A stretch of 58,901 nt of DNA, counting the filler, from Sanchytrium tribonematis (lineage: Eukaryota), in assembly GCA_018985235.1 (NCBI GenBank). It is 8 parts of 8 records of this genome, joined end to end, with 100 filler letters (N's around TTAATTAATTAA, not from the genome) between each part and the next. Parts side by side here need not be neighbours in the genome. Positions count along the whole stretch, not along the records: positions 22,180 to 29,468 come from JADGIG010000447.1; positions 29,569 to 36,840 come from JADGIG010000448.1; positions 36,941 to 44,205 come from JADGIG010000449.1; 5 more parts are not named here. One strand, 5' to 3'. Of this stretch, positions 23,050-37,053 are shown one piece after another (position 1 is the first letter of the stretch; every line of letters begins with the position of its first letter). The notes under the pieces were generated by a model. That model did not search any database. It had not been told where the DNA came from and worked only from the letters and a program-made list of their open reading frames with translations. The translations under genes were made by a program, and so were the position numbers.

Positions 23050-24600
23050 TGGTGTCACCCACTTTGATTGATAACTGCGTCTTATTTTGCTCTAGCTTTT
23101 CCTTTGCTGAAGAATTGTTGGTTGAGTTTCCATACTGGCCTTATTGTTTAACTGATTTCATCTTGATCTTAAGTTTTCAATCTTTCTATTATTTTTAAGG
23201 GGTCCCCAATTATATGGCGTTCCGAAAACTAATTCATACGTAACCAGTCCATGCGATTTGTGTTGAGAGAAACGCAAGATTTTCCTTGCCTTATCTTATC
23301 AATGTGTGAAATCCAATCATCGTAATTTTCCATATTTACCCTAATGAATTCTAATATAGTAAAATTATTTCGTTCCGCAATGCACTTCAAACTCTGGCTG
23401 ACTTCAATGGAAATAATTCTGTCAATTTGCTAAAATAGTCTGTCAAAACCAAATTATAAGTGTATTCATGACCATCAACATCAAACCGACAATGTCAATT
23501 GCAATGGTGTCAAAAATATAATTGCCATAATCAATTTCTTGACCCGTCCATGTCTTCTTATAATTTTTGTTTTCTGCATTGCATTCCTCGCAAATGGAAA
23601 CCGTAGCACTGCATTGTCTTTTAGTTACGGGTTTATCACGTCCTCTCAAATAACTGTAAAGTTTATCAACTCCACAATGATGAATGCTTTAGTGCACATT
23701 CAAGATATCGTTTGTGGTTAGCAGTACTTTCCCTCCAAGATTTTTGCTAATTGCTAGTGCTTGGTGGAAATATTCTTTGACTGGGGTAAATGAGACAGCT
23801 AGCGTATTTTCCGACTCCTTAATATTCAATTTTTAAATCATACGGCATTAAAAGCATCGCCCAACGAGCAAGATTGCCACTTAACTCATTCGTCTTCAAA
23901 TATATCAGCAATTTGTGGTCCGTTTTAACGACAGTGTCGTGTCGGCCATCCAAATAATACCTGAATTTTTGGCAGCTATACTCTATTCCGTATAAATCTT
24001 TTTCTCGGATGGGCCAGTTTAATTCTTGGTGCTTTAAGGTGATGCCATTTTCTGTTATTGTACAACCCAAATATTCGATACTGGTCATGCCAAATTGACA
24101 TATGGAGACAACGGTCAAAAACAACTTCGATCATACGAAGATGTTTTGTGCATGTTTCAGTGGCTAATAGAGTATCGTTCTGATAAACAAACTTGTATGA
24201 AAAAGATATTCTTGGAAAGCGATATCCATTCCACGCTGAAAGGTCTTTCCAGAATTAGTAGTCCAAAATAGCACCCCAAGATATTCAAATACTCCTACAT
24301 CTGACAATACCTTTACGACAGTCAAATTTAGCAAAATATCTTTTCCCTTTGAACATTGCCATGGATATTGATCTGAAACGGTTACAGCATTTAAATTGCG
24401 ACAATTAACGGAAAATCGAAATTCGTCCTGAGATCTAGATTTAGGAACCAAAACAACAGGTGAACAATATTCAGTGTGTCCCTTTACCTCGCGTATGATG
24501 CTTTGTTCCAGCTTGTATTTGATTTTGTTTTCAATAAATCGCTTTTGCTTAAAAATGCTCGATAAGGTCGAGATTTCCTTAGAACATCAGTAGTTTGAAT
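23050..24600 (-). mobile_element. Heavily decayed Ty3/Gypsy pol (RT, RNase H, integrase order)
   Basis: VPK..FRFSVNCRNLN.VT..DQYP; REKDLYGI...FRYYL.G....KTDHK...LARWAMLL..YDLKIEY; FDTIAIDIVG. Confidence 0.85.
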
Positions 24601-24880
24601 GCGATGTTCAATTGGCAATGTACATCCCAATTTATCTTCAAATCATCCTCTTCTTTTAATAATTTCAAGGACTGCTGTTTGCCTGCCGAACATCCAATTT
24701 CAAGTGTATCAAAATCAACCTTCGGCTGAATGCCTGACTTGTAAAAAGTTAATCTTTAATTTCTTCTTCACAAATTATGATTCCTCTCAATATTTGATTG
24801 GACGGGGATCAGATGATTGTCTACAGCCATTTTAATTTCCGTAAAATAAAAACTGGAATGAGATCCATTCCCACAATCAT

Positions 24881-27800
24881 ATGCGACAAGGAGAAACGAC
24901 TTGCAATAGAGGCAGCGATAAAATGGCTAAATTGAAGCCAAAAACAAAGCAATTACTAAGTAAACATGGAAAAAAGAAGGATTACGGTTTAACTAGACTT
25001 ATTCTACTCAATATGCAGACATCTTACGAAGATGGCGAGCGAATGGACAATATGGATGACTTTCGAGAAGCAATTTGTGATGCGACGGGTATACATTATC
25101 GCCAGATCAAGCAATGTAAGGTGATTGACACCAATTTTGTAGAATTGATCTTCCAGAGACAACATTTAGAAAGAATTGAACAGGCTCTTACATTGCTCAA
25201 AGAAGAATACGGAGGAAAATTTGCAAATATTTTCTGGAAAACGGAAAATTCATGGCACATGTCTCTTTTAACATATTGATCATGATAAGAAGAATGAGGA
25301 AATTCAGCGACTTCATAGTTTGATTTTTGATCTGGCATGTATCTTGAAAAGCAACCGTCAACCCTGTTTTAAAGGGGTAAATGGACTCTATTTGGATTCC
25401 ATTGCAATTTTAAATTCTGGATTAAATATGGATAGTTATTAGGCCAAATTACAAAATAGTGACAAAATTACTTGAGGAAGACCCAGCTGCAATGCTGAGT
25501 ATTAATATTACAAAAGGCAACATCACTGATTGTGAAGATTATGAGGAAGATATAACTGAATTTGCAAAAGCAAGTGGAAATAAAGTGCTGGATAAATTCA
25601 ACAAATCTGCTAAAAAGAAGTCAAAAGCGACGGAAGTCACGAAACATGGAGAGAGACTTTTCCACAACTGAAAAACCAAACTCAACCAAAAGAGTGACGT
25701 TTACAGACAAAGACACGGAATATTCACCAAAGGAACCACATGGAGTAGTACAAGAACAATCAACCCAAAGTCAAATATCAGATCTCACCGACCAACAATC
25801 CAATTTTCAGTCAAATGAAAAAAATCAATCAAAACCCCCCTCTGAGTCAGATGATTCTCCTCCTGAGCATCTGTTACACATACAAAAACGATTACAACAA
25901 CTTCAATCCAATACAGCAGTCACTCCCATTACTACTTTAAACAATAATAAAACCCAGAAATACTTCCTCTATATACTAGGGGCCAATGTGCTAGCAACTG
26001 ATGAGATTGTGTCCATTTTACAACCCACAATTAACAAATACAACGAACAATTACAAAATAACTTCAAACCCACATTTAACAATGAAAAATGTACGAAAAT
26101 CCGCATATTACACAATGAAATGAATCATTTCTGTGGCTGTTATGAGCTGATTTATCAAGCGCCAATCATTTTAAAGCAAAACCTGTTTCAAGATTTCAAC
26201 AATGAATTAAAGACAGCTGGCAAATTTTTTAAATTGACTATAACAACTTCATCACGTAGATCGTATATTAAACAGATATTGAAGAAAAACAACAGTAGCC
26301 AATGGATTAAAAAAGAAATTGAAAGGCTCAAAGTAATTTATTTTGCCACATTTGACCGAATTATAACAAGTGGTATCACTAAAGGAACAATGAAGAATTT
26401 TAGTGACTTCAACGAATATGGACTACTGGCTTTTCTTCGTAAATTCACCCTTTATGCCAAATTAAACACCAATATCTTTCCTGAATTAGAACCTCGTTTT
26501 AACTTGTTGAAATCACGCATTCTTGATAAATCAAAGCCAATTGAACATCTAACTGATAAAGTGGCCACCATGTTCGATGATGACGACGGTTACAATAGTG
26601 AGCAAAGCATGCTTTCGGCACTGTCTGTAATCAATAATGAATTTGATTTCCAATCTGAGGATGAAATTCCTCAAGACATAGACATGAATGACAACAAAGA
26701 ACCAAAAATGATCCAAAATGAAGCAACAGCCAATGAAAACTCGTCAAATTTAGAACATCGACAAATGACCAATCAAATAGACGTCACGGGAAAACAAATT
26801 AAAAATGACACCAAACCAGACATCGTTAGCCAAACCCCAAACTCCGGTACATCATACACTGACAAACTTAAAGACAACATGTGTTGTGTTTATTTTCTTT
26901 ACAAAGAAAAGATGAAAGTTGCAAATTTTCAACCAGGGGACAAATTGTCCAGCATGAAATTGGACAAAAAATTAGCTGCTTTTAATGAAAGAGACCACCA
27001 GTTGAACCCAAATCATAAACTAGTAGACAGGGAAACTATTGTCCTAAAATTAATAAAAAATATTAAATAGGAAATCGACCAGGGAATCGGTTTCGATCCC
27101 ACTGGTCGTCCTCCTGAAAACTTCTCACTTTTAGAACTACGCATGTTGAATGGGCAACGAAAATTTTACAGCTTCAAACAAGGCACAAAGTTTTCTGAAA
27201 TAATCCCAAAGAGATTCTTTGAAAACATGATTTTTAGGCACATGAATTCCAAATATATTGATGATTTTTACCCTGCTAACCTGGACGTTGTTTTCCAATC
27301 AGGTAAAATGAATGGCGGCTCGCGTGACCAATATATTAGACCAGGTTTTATTAATCTTGGTGGTTTGACTTCTTTCAAATACAACCAGACAGTTGACATG
27401 ATGATAAAACACAAACTCCATTTTGTTGTAGGATGTGAAACCAAAAAACACCCACAATCCTCGCTCCCAAAACACATCAAATATTTCACAAAAAACACAC
27501 CAAACAACAAACACGGCCTTTGTTTATTCTTGCATCCAGATCTAGCACAAATCGCACCAATAATTATATACAATTCACCATTTACACTTACAGTTAAATT
27601 TGCAGAATTATTTTTTATTTTTAGTCATAATGCACCCATTCTCACTAATGTGGAATTTTTAAACGATATCGAAAAAGCTATAAGTTGCTGTGATTCCACG
27701 AACATTTTTCTATATGCCGACTTTAATTCCCAAATCTGCCAACCTCGTAACTCTCAAGAAAATGCTCTTTTAAATAATCTCTACAGTCTCTTTGGATTGG

Positions 27801-29468
27801 TTGCATGTGATTATAGTGATGCATCTTGTGTCACTCGAATGAGGGGAATATCAGCATCTCAAATTGACGGGATCATGTGCCATTTTAGTGTACTAAACCA
27901 AATTGCTGAAACACAAATTGCTGAATTTGTCTCAGATCATGCAATGATATACAATGACATTCACATTTCTTGTACTGGTTTGTGTCTTAACAAAAGACCA
28001 ACATGGATCATCCCACAAAATCTTAAAGATTCTTCTACACGTGAACATTTTAATTCCACATTTGAAATATACAAAAATCAATATCTGGAAAGCTCTTTAT
28101 CAGATTTACTCGCAATCGATCCAGACATGAGCAGTGAAAATGACAGATTAAATGCACTAAATATGTACAGCAAGAAACTCAAATCACTTATTAATCGAGT
28201 AATGTCAGACAATTGTAAATTAAAATTCAGAAATTATTCAGAAGTTTCACTTGACTTGACATCAGCTGACTCCAACTCAACTAATTTAACTACTAATACA
28301 CCCGATTTTAATGCAATATTTGACTCTATGAGTAAATTACCACGAATGGACCAAGTCAAAATTATTAGCAACAAAATGAAACGAATCAAACGAGAAATTA
28401 ACATTTTGAACCCAAACAAACGTGATACATATATTTCTAAGCTCTCAGACAGATGGAAATTACACGCGAATATTAAACCAGATGACGTTAAACGAATTGC
28501 AATGTCCAAATCATCTCAGCCAATCATTTTTACCAATCAACAAATTTATGAGATTTTGCAACATTTACCTAAGCACAAAACAGCAGGGTACGATAATTTA
28601 AGCTATGAAGTTTTGACACTATTATCAGATGTGATTTGCCCATATCTCACCATTCTCTACAATAAAATACTTTCATTTGGGGTAATCCCCACCAGCTTCA
28701 CAATTGCACTCATCATTCCTATCTATAAAAATGGGTCTGTAAATAATATAAATAATTACAGACCTATCAGTCTACTAACAGTATTTAAAAAAGTGCTAGA
28801 AAAACTGCTAAAGCCACTAATCCTTGCTCGAATTCCTTATCCAAACAATCAATTTGCCTTTTTCTTAAATCGATCGACAGAGGATGCAAATGATCACATG
28901 CACAAGAAAATCAGAAAGTATTACAAGAAAAAATCTTCTAAATATAGATGTGTTGTTGCACTGTTTGATGTTTCTCGTGCATTCGATGAGATTGATCGCA
29001 ATGCCTTGAATGGATTTCTCGCCCAATTTATTGAGTCCCGCGAATTATACACTACTCTGGCCAACATCATATCACGTCAAATTGTCTCCCTATTAATATA
29101 TGGAAAAATTTCAAAACAAATCAAAACAACAAACGGAATTGGTCAAGGGGCGGTTCTAAGTCCCCTCTTGTTCAGTGCATTTCTATCACATCACCTCAAT
29201 CACACCTTCAATAAGCCAGAATTAGATCTGCAATTGTTTGCCGATGATATTGGACTTGTAGTATCGGAACTAATCACATTACACACAATAATTACAGAAT
29301 TGAAGCAGCAACTTGAAATTATCGGACTCAGATTAAACACCAACAAGACGACTATACTTCATAGACCACAATTTAGACCCGATTTAGGCTGCTACAGTGA
29401 TATTAAAACTACAACTAAATGTGCAAAGTATTTGGGCATCCAGTTTGACCATCGGGGCCTCAATCTAC
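24881..29468 (+). mobile_element. Non-LTR retrotransposon (LINE): decayed ORF1 (about 24881-25671) and long ORF2 (25646 onward, in-frame TAG at 27068-27070) with APE endonuclease and RT; 3' end cut by contig end
   Basis: APE motifs FINLGG, GCETK, ADFNS, SQIDGI, SDH; RT motifs KTAGYDNL, IIPIYK..NNYRPISLL, GIGQGAVLSPLLF, LFADD, KYLG. Confidence 0.92.
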
Positions 29469-29568
29469 NNNNNNNNNNNNNNNNNNNNNNNNNNNNNNNN
29501 NNNNNNNNNNNNTTAATTAATTAANNNNNNNNNNNNNNNNNNNNNNNNNNNNNNNNNNNNNNNNNNNN

Positions 29569-32500
29569 GAAAGTTTTTAAGAGTGGTGTCGAATTATTTA
29601 CACCCAACAACCATGGGTTACTGGACTATCAGACTAGCCCAATTTTTAGATTGCTCATTGAGGCATCTAAAGGATAGAATTGCTTTGCATAAATATCTGA
29701 AAATGCCTCCGTTGGATGAAAAATTCATTTTGGAGATTGCCGAACTTTCGATTGAACCTCTTATTCTAATGTGCCATTCTAGACAACAGTCCGTTGTCAT
29801 GATAAGTCAAAAGGCTATAAAGTCTGCATTGCTTCTAAACCCCTCATTATTTGAGAAAGTCATTGATGCTACAAGTCAGTGTTTTACTGATCTTCTTTAT
29901 ATGGATAGACTGCAGACTGGAATAGTTTTAGCAAATAGCATGGTGGATTTAATGTGTGATCCATTCAAGAAGCCTCAGGTTTTGTTAGAAGTTTTGAACG
30001 TTACCGTGAATATTTTGGATCCCAATCACCAGAAAAGAACTTGGAGCATTTTGCTGCTATACTTGAACATATTTTCGAAAATTCCTCCATCTACCAAATG
30101 TAATTCTATTGAAAACTTTCAAGAATTATTTCCTAAAAAAAGCTCGAGATTACCAGATTTGAGCCTTATGGAAGATTTCATTTATAGATTTTATAATCAA
30201 GTATTTCTTATTTTACAATTGCACAAGAACACAAAGCCTGCTGAAAAAGGACTTTTGGATCTGCTTCTCAGCATCCACACTTTATTAATGTTAAATTGTC
30301 ATGAATCAATCCAAGAAATTATTTTCCGCAAATGTCTTGACTTTTTAGTGAATGTTCAATTCGACAATCTTGAAGATAAAGTCGCCTGGATTTTGAATGT
30401 CTTTCCACAGAAATCTCATATTTTTAAACTATGTCAGTCAATGATCGACTTTACGTCTCCTCCAAACTTGGATCCCAAACCTATGCATTTACAGGAAACC
30501 AAGACATGCTGGTATTTAAATATTTTTGCTAATTGCAATTTGCTGAAGCATTTTAAAATTTCTGAAGAATTTATGATGAGTGCTATAAACTCAAGTTCAA
30601 TTCCCGTTTTTACACGCTTTACTGACATCATTGCTCTTTCACTTCCTCTGAACTACAATCACGGTATAAATGATGGGCTTTTTTCTGATTCATTCAAGTA
30701 TAAAGACAGTGATTTTTATTTTTGGAATAAGCAGGAATCAACTTGCGAATGGAAAAAAATCGACTGGAATCATATTGAGTACATCATAAGTTTAGTCAAA
30801 TTTTCTTGGGATAAGATTAAAAATTTGGGAGATTCCCAATTAGCCATAAAGAAGCAAACTGTATTTATCAAAAATACTTTTGCAAGCCTGATCCATTTGA
30901 GCCCGAAAGATGTAATTGGGGATTATTCCTTTATTGTAGATGATATTCCAGAATACGCAGCTTGCGGTGAAATTGTCTCTGAAATGGTCCGTTTTGCTTG
31001 TTCAATGAAATCTGATAAATCGGTCGTCGATCTGCTACGATGCATTTGTGATCTACAATACGATTCATTGGATACTAGCGGTAGTATTTTTGATGGATTT
31101 CAGCAATATTTAAATTTGCTACTTCCTTATCAACCTACTTTTAGAAGAAAAGATGTTTTGGTGCCTGTTCCAAGGTTTATCACTGCCATTAAAATTCAGC
31201 AACTGATAAACAAGAGGCAGGTGCTTAAATGCCATAAGCAAAAAGCATCTTCCTATCACTTTGATATACTCAAATGCTTACTAAATTACTCTGTTGATGA
31301 AAAAATTCAATTAAGGACAATCGCACAAGAGGGAGTTAATAGAATGAGCATGAGGTTCAAAAATCTAAAAATAGATATTTGTAATCATTATATTCCGTTA
31401 TTGAAAGATTATAACTTAAAACCTCAGAAATATATCCTCTATTCTCTAGCTAGAAAATCTATTATGAAGCATTTTCAGAAACAAAATTTGCCATTAATTT
31501 TAGACTTAATGGTTAACACTAATCCAGAGACTTTGGAGGAGGATGGGTATAAAATGGCAGCTCAGACGTTTTTAAAAACTTTGAATAACTGCACTGTAAG
31601 TGAAAAACATGGTCCATTCAAATTAGACTGGATTGAAGTCAAGTCATCAATTCCTAGAAACTTTTTTGATTTGGTAGAATTACTTTTAAATTGCTTAAAG
31701 AGTTGCGATAAATCTTGGCTTCACCAGTCAATATTTCAATTTTTAGGATACATTTTGAGGGACAAGCATTTCAACATGGATCAATTTTCAAAAGTATCTT
31801 GGTTTTTGATAGATTACGCTTCAAAACAGACCAGAACATTAGACAGAGATTTAGCGTTAAGCGTTTTGGCCGAATGTATGAAACGCGATGAACTGACTTT
31901 TCATGACAACCATCGTCAACAATTTGCTGAAATTTTAAAAATGCAAAAGTTAGACTCAAAAAGAATTCATCGTGAAAGTGGGCCTGTAATCGAGAGATTT
32001 AATAAGAAATTCGTTTATTTCTTATCATTATGTTCTAAGTACTTTAAGAAAGAAATTGAATTTGAATGTGACTCGTGCGATAATTCAGAACTGCAACAAC
32101 GATTTGCTAGTGAGTGTTTCACTGCAGTTGTTTTGAGCAACAAAGAGATTTCTATTGAAAATCTGCTTCGCTTTTTATTAGATTGCAATGATTTCGCTTT
32201 TGATAATTGGTATCAAGGCTTTAAAGAAATCTCATTAAATGAAATCGAGCAAAGTATTGTGACACAGTTAGGGCAAAAATTACTTCAAGGTCTGAATGGT
32301 CTAAATTCTTCCTCAATAAGTAAGATATATCGCCTCTCAAGAGCCATAGTGTTACTCAGTTGGGCATTTGAATTTTCTATCGATTTATCATTTATATTGG
32401 AGTATAAAAGTAGCGATTTTGAAGATATGCGGAAGTTATTTGGTTTTGCGTATCTTTCCCTCTTGTACAAAGATCACACTCTCGAGCTTGGGGGAAATAT

Positions 32501-33266
32501 GGAAGTCGATGAGCCTGGCGTTTTGATCCTCAATTTTGGTGAGGTGGATGTTATAGATCAAACAAATGTCAGTTCAAAACAACAGGAACTGCGCAGCTTA
32601 TTTAAGCTTGTTAGACATACTGTTCATAATCCAGGAAAATATGCATTCATTAAACTAGAAAATGTAATCGAATTCATTAATTTGGCCTTGTCTACAGAGG
32701 ACCCTAAAATTAAGGAAAAATATAATCAAACGGCATTACATGTGATTATGCATTTTAAAGGATCAGTCTCTACAATCCTTTTAAAAGAAATTGAAAAGTA
32801 TAAGCACACAGAGCACGTTATAGATATTTTGTTTTTGGTCCAACTTGACGTGCACCACAATGGCATTTATTTGACTAGAGAAACTTTGAGCAATTACTAT
32901 TTGTCAATCTTGGGAGTCGCGAATGAAAGACGCCCTGATGTTGTCACGTCTGTACTATATACGCTAACTTGCATTTTTCAAATAGCAGAAGCCTACGAAA
33001 TGCAACCTGAGAAACTACCTACTATTAGCGATACAAGATCATTGGAAATTTGTGCTGCCCTATTAGCATACCATACAAAACATCCAAAATGGTTACTCGA
33101 GAGCATTTCCATATTGTCAAACCCAAAGAAATATTCAAAAATAATAAGTTTTGGCATTAAGCAATTCAAGCAAATTCAACTCGAATTCAAAAATCAAGGG
33201 CTTTTGGATAAAGAATTAGAGGAATTATTTCAGCATGATCATGTTGGTGATTCTTATTTTGCTTAA
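29569..33266 (+). CDS. BLM10: Proteasome activator Blm10/PA200 (PSME4), 5' truncated
   Basis: YLHPTTMGYWTIRLAQFL matches the HPSNxGxW motif; long HEAT-like body; C-terminal HbYX motif SYFA. Confidence 0.75.
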
Positions 33267-33558
33267 TTCACCAAAATAAATAGAAATCAATTATTATTGT
33301 GGAAATATCACTGTCTTCAACATAGTATATCCCAAAAGCGTAATGAAAAGAATTATTAGATTCTGGTTTATTTTTACATTTTGAGTGACATCTTTTCGTC
33401 ATAAATTAGAATTTGGAAAAGGGAAACAATTCAAAACTAAATTAATCAATTTTACCTTGAAAATATAGAATCTTGTTCTTTTGGAACAAAATTTAAGGAA
33501 TCGATTATAAACCAATATCGAAGCACCAACCATTACAACTTAATTGAGAATACTAAAG

Positions 33559-34671
33559 TCAATGTTTGAAATCTTGAATTATGGCGAAAGCTGCATTTAA
33601 TCTATTTGTATCATCTGCTTTTGAGAAACCATCTATTAAGATAAATTCTGAGAATACTTTTCCGCGTATTTCAGAAATTTCAACTTCATCTTTTAGCATT
33701 TTCTTGAGCAATATTTCAGTTCTCATTAAATCCCACTCTTGTTTTGATCTGAAATTCGAAACATGATAATCTTTTTCTGCAAAACTTGATACCGTGTTTA
33801 GAAGTGCTGCCAATTGATTTCGCAATAGTGGATCGTCAATAACAACATGAGGTTCTTTCTTCAGCAGTGAAATTGGACTTTCTTTCGGAGTCTTCTCTTG
33901 TTCGTTGTCTTCTAGCTTGTTACCATCTCGATTATGAAGTGTTTTATCGTCTGACTCTTTGATGATTCTAGACTTTTGCTCATGCTTATTTGGAAGTACA
34001 ATATAATCTTCAGTACCCACGGAGTCACAAATTTTGTGTATTACAACAAATTTTTGTTTGCTCCGTGGGCGAGAGGTTGCCAAGCCCTTTGATTTAGGGT
34101 CAATTTTTGTTGGCAACTCGGAAATATGCTTGCTGATATAATGAATGGGCAAATCTGTATACTTTCGCCTTTTGTAAACACCGGCTTGATTTTTAGCGCT
34201 ATTGTGGTAATCCTCCGCTTCAAGTGTTCTTTTCACTCCTAATCCAGGGCTAGTCTCGCCTGCAAACAATATTTTGGGGCGCTTATTTGGTTTCTCGACA
34301 TAGTTTGCCGCCCGCTTTCTATGAACCCAAGTGTATGGGGCGTTAACTTGAAATTGCTGGTGTGTTTGCTCACGATTTTGATTCCCAGGCTGGTTTTGGC
34401 ATGTCGCTTGACTCTGCTTAAATTGAGTACCAACAGGTCCTTTTTCTTTGCGAGGAACTAGCCTCTTTTTTGGACTCCAAATAGTCTGCATATCATCATT
34501 ATCTTTCGTTATATTTCTGCGCCAAGGCTGACTTGCGAATCCTCGGGTACTTCTTTCAGGTAGAGTTCTAGCACTATCCTTTTCAACATTCCATTGTTTT
34601 TCTTGCAGTTTTGTGGCAATGGTATCGAAAATGCTTGTAATTTGTGTTTTCAATATAGCGAAATACGACAT
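33559..34671 (-). CDS. Hypothetical basic, largely low-complexity protein
   Basis: 370-aa ORF with ATG start; no recognised motif. Confidence 0.6.
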   Translation of the reverse strand: MSYFAILKTQITSIFDTIATKLQEKQWNVEKDSARTLPERSTRGFASQPWRRNITKDNDDMQTIWSPKKRLVPRKEKGPVGTQFKQSQATCQNQPGNQNREQTHQQFQVNAPYTWVHRKRAANYVEKPNKRPKILFAGETSPGLGVKRTLEAEDYHNSAKNQAGVYKRRKYTDLPIHYISKHISELPTKIDPKSKGLATSRPRSKQKFVVIHKICDSVGTEDYIVLPNKHEQKSRIIKESDDKTLHNRDGNKLEDNEQEKTPKESPISLLKKEPHVVIDDPLLRNQLAALLNTVSSFAEKDYHVSNFRSKQEWDLMRTEILLKKMLKDEVEISEIRGKVFSEFILIDGFSKADDTNRLNAAFAIIQDFKH

Positions 34672-34962
34672 TTTTTTGGCCTTAAATCTTGTAATTTTTC
34701 TGATAATAATTTAAATCACTATATCATAAATAAAAGGAAAGAAAATTTAGTTGAAAGACGGAAAACGGCACTCTGGCACTAGTATATAAAAATGATTTAT
34801 AAAAAAATTAAAATTAATATTACAGTCCTTTCTAGTTCTTATTGATACAAATAGAGACAGAAATCAACGGATGAGCATAAATTTACACAGTTTGCGGTAA
34901 CTCTTTTCCAAGTACAAGATCAAAATTATTTTAGATCCACATTGTAAAGTATCCCCTTGAAA

Positions 34963-36840
34963 ATGCCGAGAATTTTAGTAGCTTCTATGTGGCTTCCTTT
35001 GGCACCTATTGTGGAGCCAAAAACAGAAAAACCTTCAAAAAAATTAGAGCGTAAATTGAGTGTATATGTCAAAGAACAAGATATAAAACAAGAAAGCATA
35101 AAATTGGAATCGGCGAAAGTCGGAAATGGAGGTTTAATCAATGCAATAGAGTCAGTGCCGGAACTTGAGCATATATGGATTGGATCTTTAACTAGTACAT
35201 TAGATCAATACGATGATTTGCATCAACAAAATATTAAAGATGCCTTATGGAAAAATAGGTGCGTCGCAGTTCCTATTAGCAAAGACGAGCTGGATGGACA
35301 CTATCATCATTTTTGCAAGGTAGTATTATGGCCACTCTTCCATTATTCTCAGCCAGATTACATGAAAATAACAAAATATGAAGATCATAATTGGATGTAT
35401 TATCAATCTGTTAATTGGGCATTTGCACAACAAATAGCTCAATTGTATAAACCCGATGATGTCATATTTATAAATGATTATCATCTTATGCTAGTTCCTA
35501 GTATGGTTAGATCGTTATGTCCAGAGGCCAAAATTGGATTCTTTCTTCATGTGCCATTTCCATCTTCAGAAATTTTTCGATGTTTATGGGTAAGGCAAGA
35601 CATTTTAATGGGACCGACTGGGGCTGACTTGATAGGATTTCAGACTTATAGTTTTGCACGTCATTTTTTACAAACTTGTTCTAGATTATTAAATTTGGAT
35701 AGTACTCCAAACTACTTGAGACTTGATAATTCAGTAGTTTCGATTGGTATATGTCCAATTGGAGTTGATGTTGCTGCTCTTAAGCAAAAGTTAGACGATC
35801 CTGAAGTGAAAAGTTACAAAGAAACTTTAATGAAAAAGTACGAAAAAGTTAAAGTCATTTTTGGTAGAGATAAGATGGACACTATCAAGGGTGTGAAAGA
35901 AAAACTTTTAGCTTTTGAGCTTTTTTTGGAGACCCACCCCGAATGGATTGGGAAAGTAACTCTGATTCAAATTGCATTATTTGCCAGTGAGGAAACAGAA
36001 AAAGGAGTTCATTTGAATGATATTGTAAGTCGTATAAATACCAAACATGGAAATTTGGAATATTCTCCAGTCAATTTTCTTCATCAAAATATTTCATTTT
36101 CAAATTATTTAGCTTTGATGAGTATTGCGGATGTCTGTCTCATTACTCCACTGAGGGATGGATTGAATCTTACTAGCCATGAGTTTGTCATTTCACAAAC
36201 TGGCAAATATTCACCACTGATTTTATCTGAATTTGCGGGTACATTTGGAAGTTTTGGTGCCGCTTTAAGAGTGAATCCTTGGAACAGAATTGAAGTATCC
36301 GATGCAATTAATGAGGCATTATGTATGCCAGTGGATGAGAAAAAAACACGATGGGATCTTTTAAACGCAGCTGTTGTTCGATACAGCGCTCAGCGTTTTG
36401 TCAAGACTTTCATAAATGAGGTCGAAAAGGTATCAAAAGACATGCAAAAAAGGTATTCAATTCACATTCCACATTTGGAATCCAAAAAAATTATTACTGA
36501 ATTTGACAAGTCAAAAAAGAAAATGATATTTTTAGATCTTGATGGCACAATTATACCTGTTGAGAAAACATTGCAATCTACTGAGGCTGGGCTTTTAAAT
36601 TCTTTGGCATCAAAAAGAAATAGCAAAAGTTTCACTAGTCTTGATGAACTACAACGATATAAAGAGCCGCAAATTAACATAGAATCGGTGTTAAAAAAGC
36701 TTTCACAGGACCCAAATAACATCATTTATGTAATTTCAAGTAAACGAAGAGAAGCCTTGGACTCCCGATTTGGAGGAATCACTAATATCGGCATGGCAGC
36801 AGAAAATGGATGTTTTATTAAACACCCAAATTCTGAATGG
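34963..36840 (+). CDS. TPS2: Trehalose-6-phosphate synthase/phosphatase (GT20 plus HAD; TPS2-like), 3' truncated
   Basis: LWPLFHY, INDYHLMLVP, IGFFLHVPFPSSE, RDGLNL..HEF, LILSEFAG, then HAD motifs FLDLDGT and AAENG. Confidence 0.9.
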
Positions 36841-37053
36841 NNNNNNNNNNNNNNNNNNNNNNNNNNNNNNNNNNNNNNNNNNNNTTAATTAATTAANNNN
36901 NNNNNNNNNNNNNNNNNNNNNNNNNNNNNNNNNNNNNNNNTTCAACTACGGATGAGTGATTGTAAATAAATATAGAATCAGATACTTTGATTGGTACGAA
37001 AGAGATTGCAATCAATTTGAATTTGTTTGTCACTCAAGTTAATTGCGGGTACT

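Noticed and set aside
3066..27070. Stop-codon reassignment (TAA/TAG read as Gln) as an explanation for in-frame stops
   Set aside because: Conserved host genes (Blm10, NTM1, TauD-family) have long open frames and end in TAA; in-frame stops occur only in decayed TEs or inside introns
27089..27101. B-box/tRNA T-arm-like GGTTTCGATCCC
   Set aside because: No A-box or cloverleaf; it lies within the LINE coding frame and is treated as part of the hairpin finding
33437..33455. Perfect 19-nt intron-consensus sequence on the minus strand (GTAAAATTGATTAATTTAG)
   Set aside because: I could not link it to a convincing reading frame; it may be a UTR or small-gene intron, so it is not counted as support
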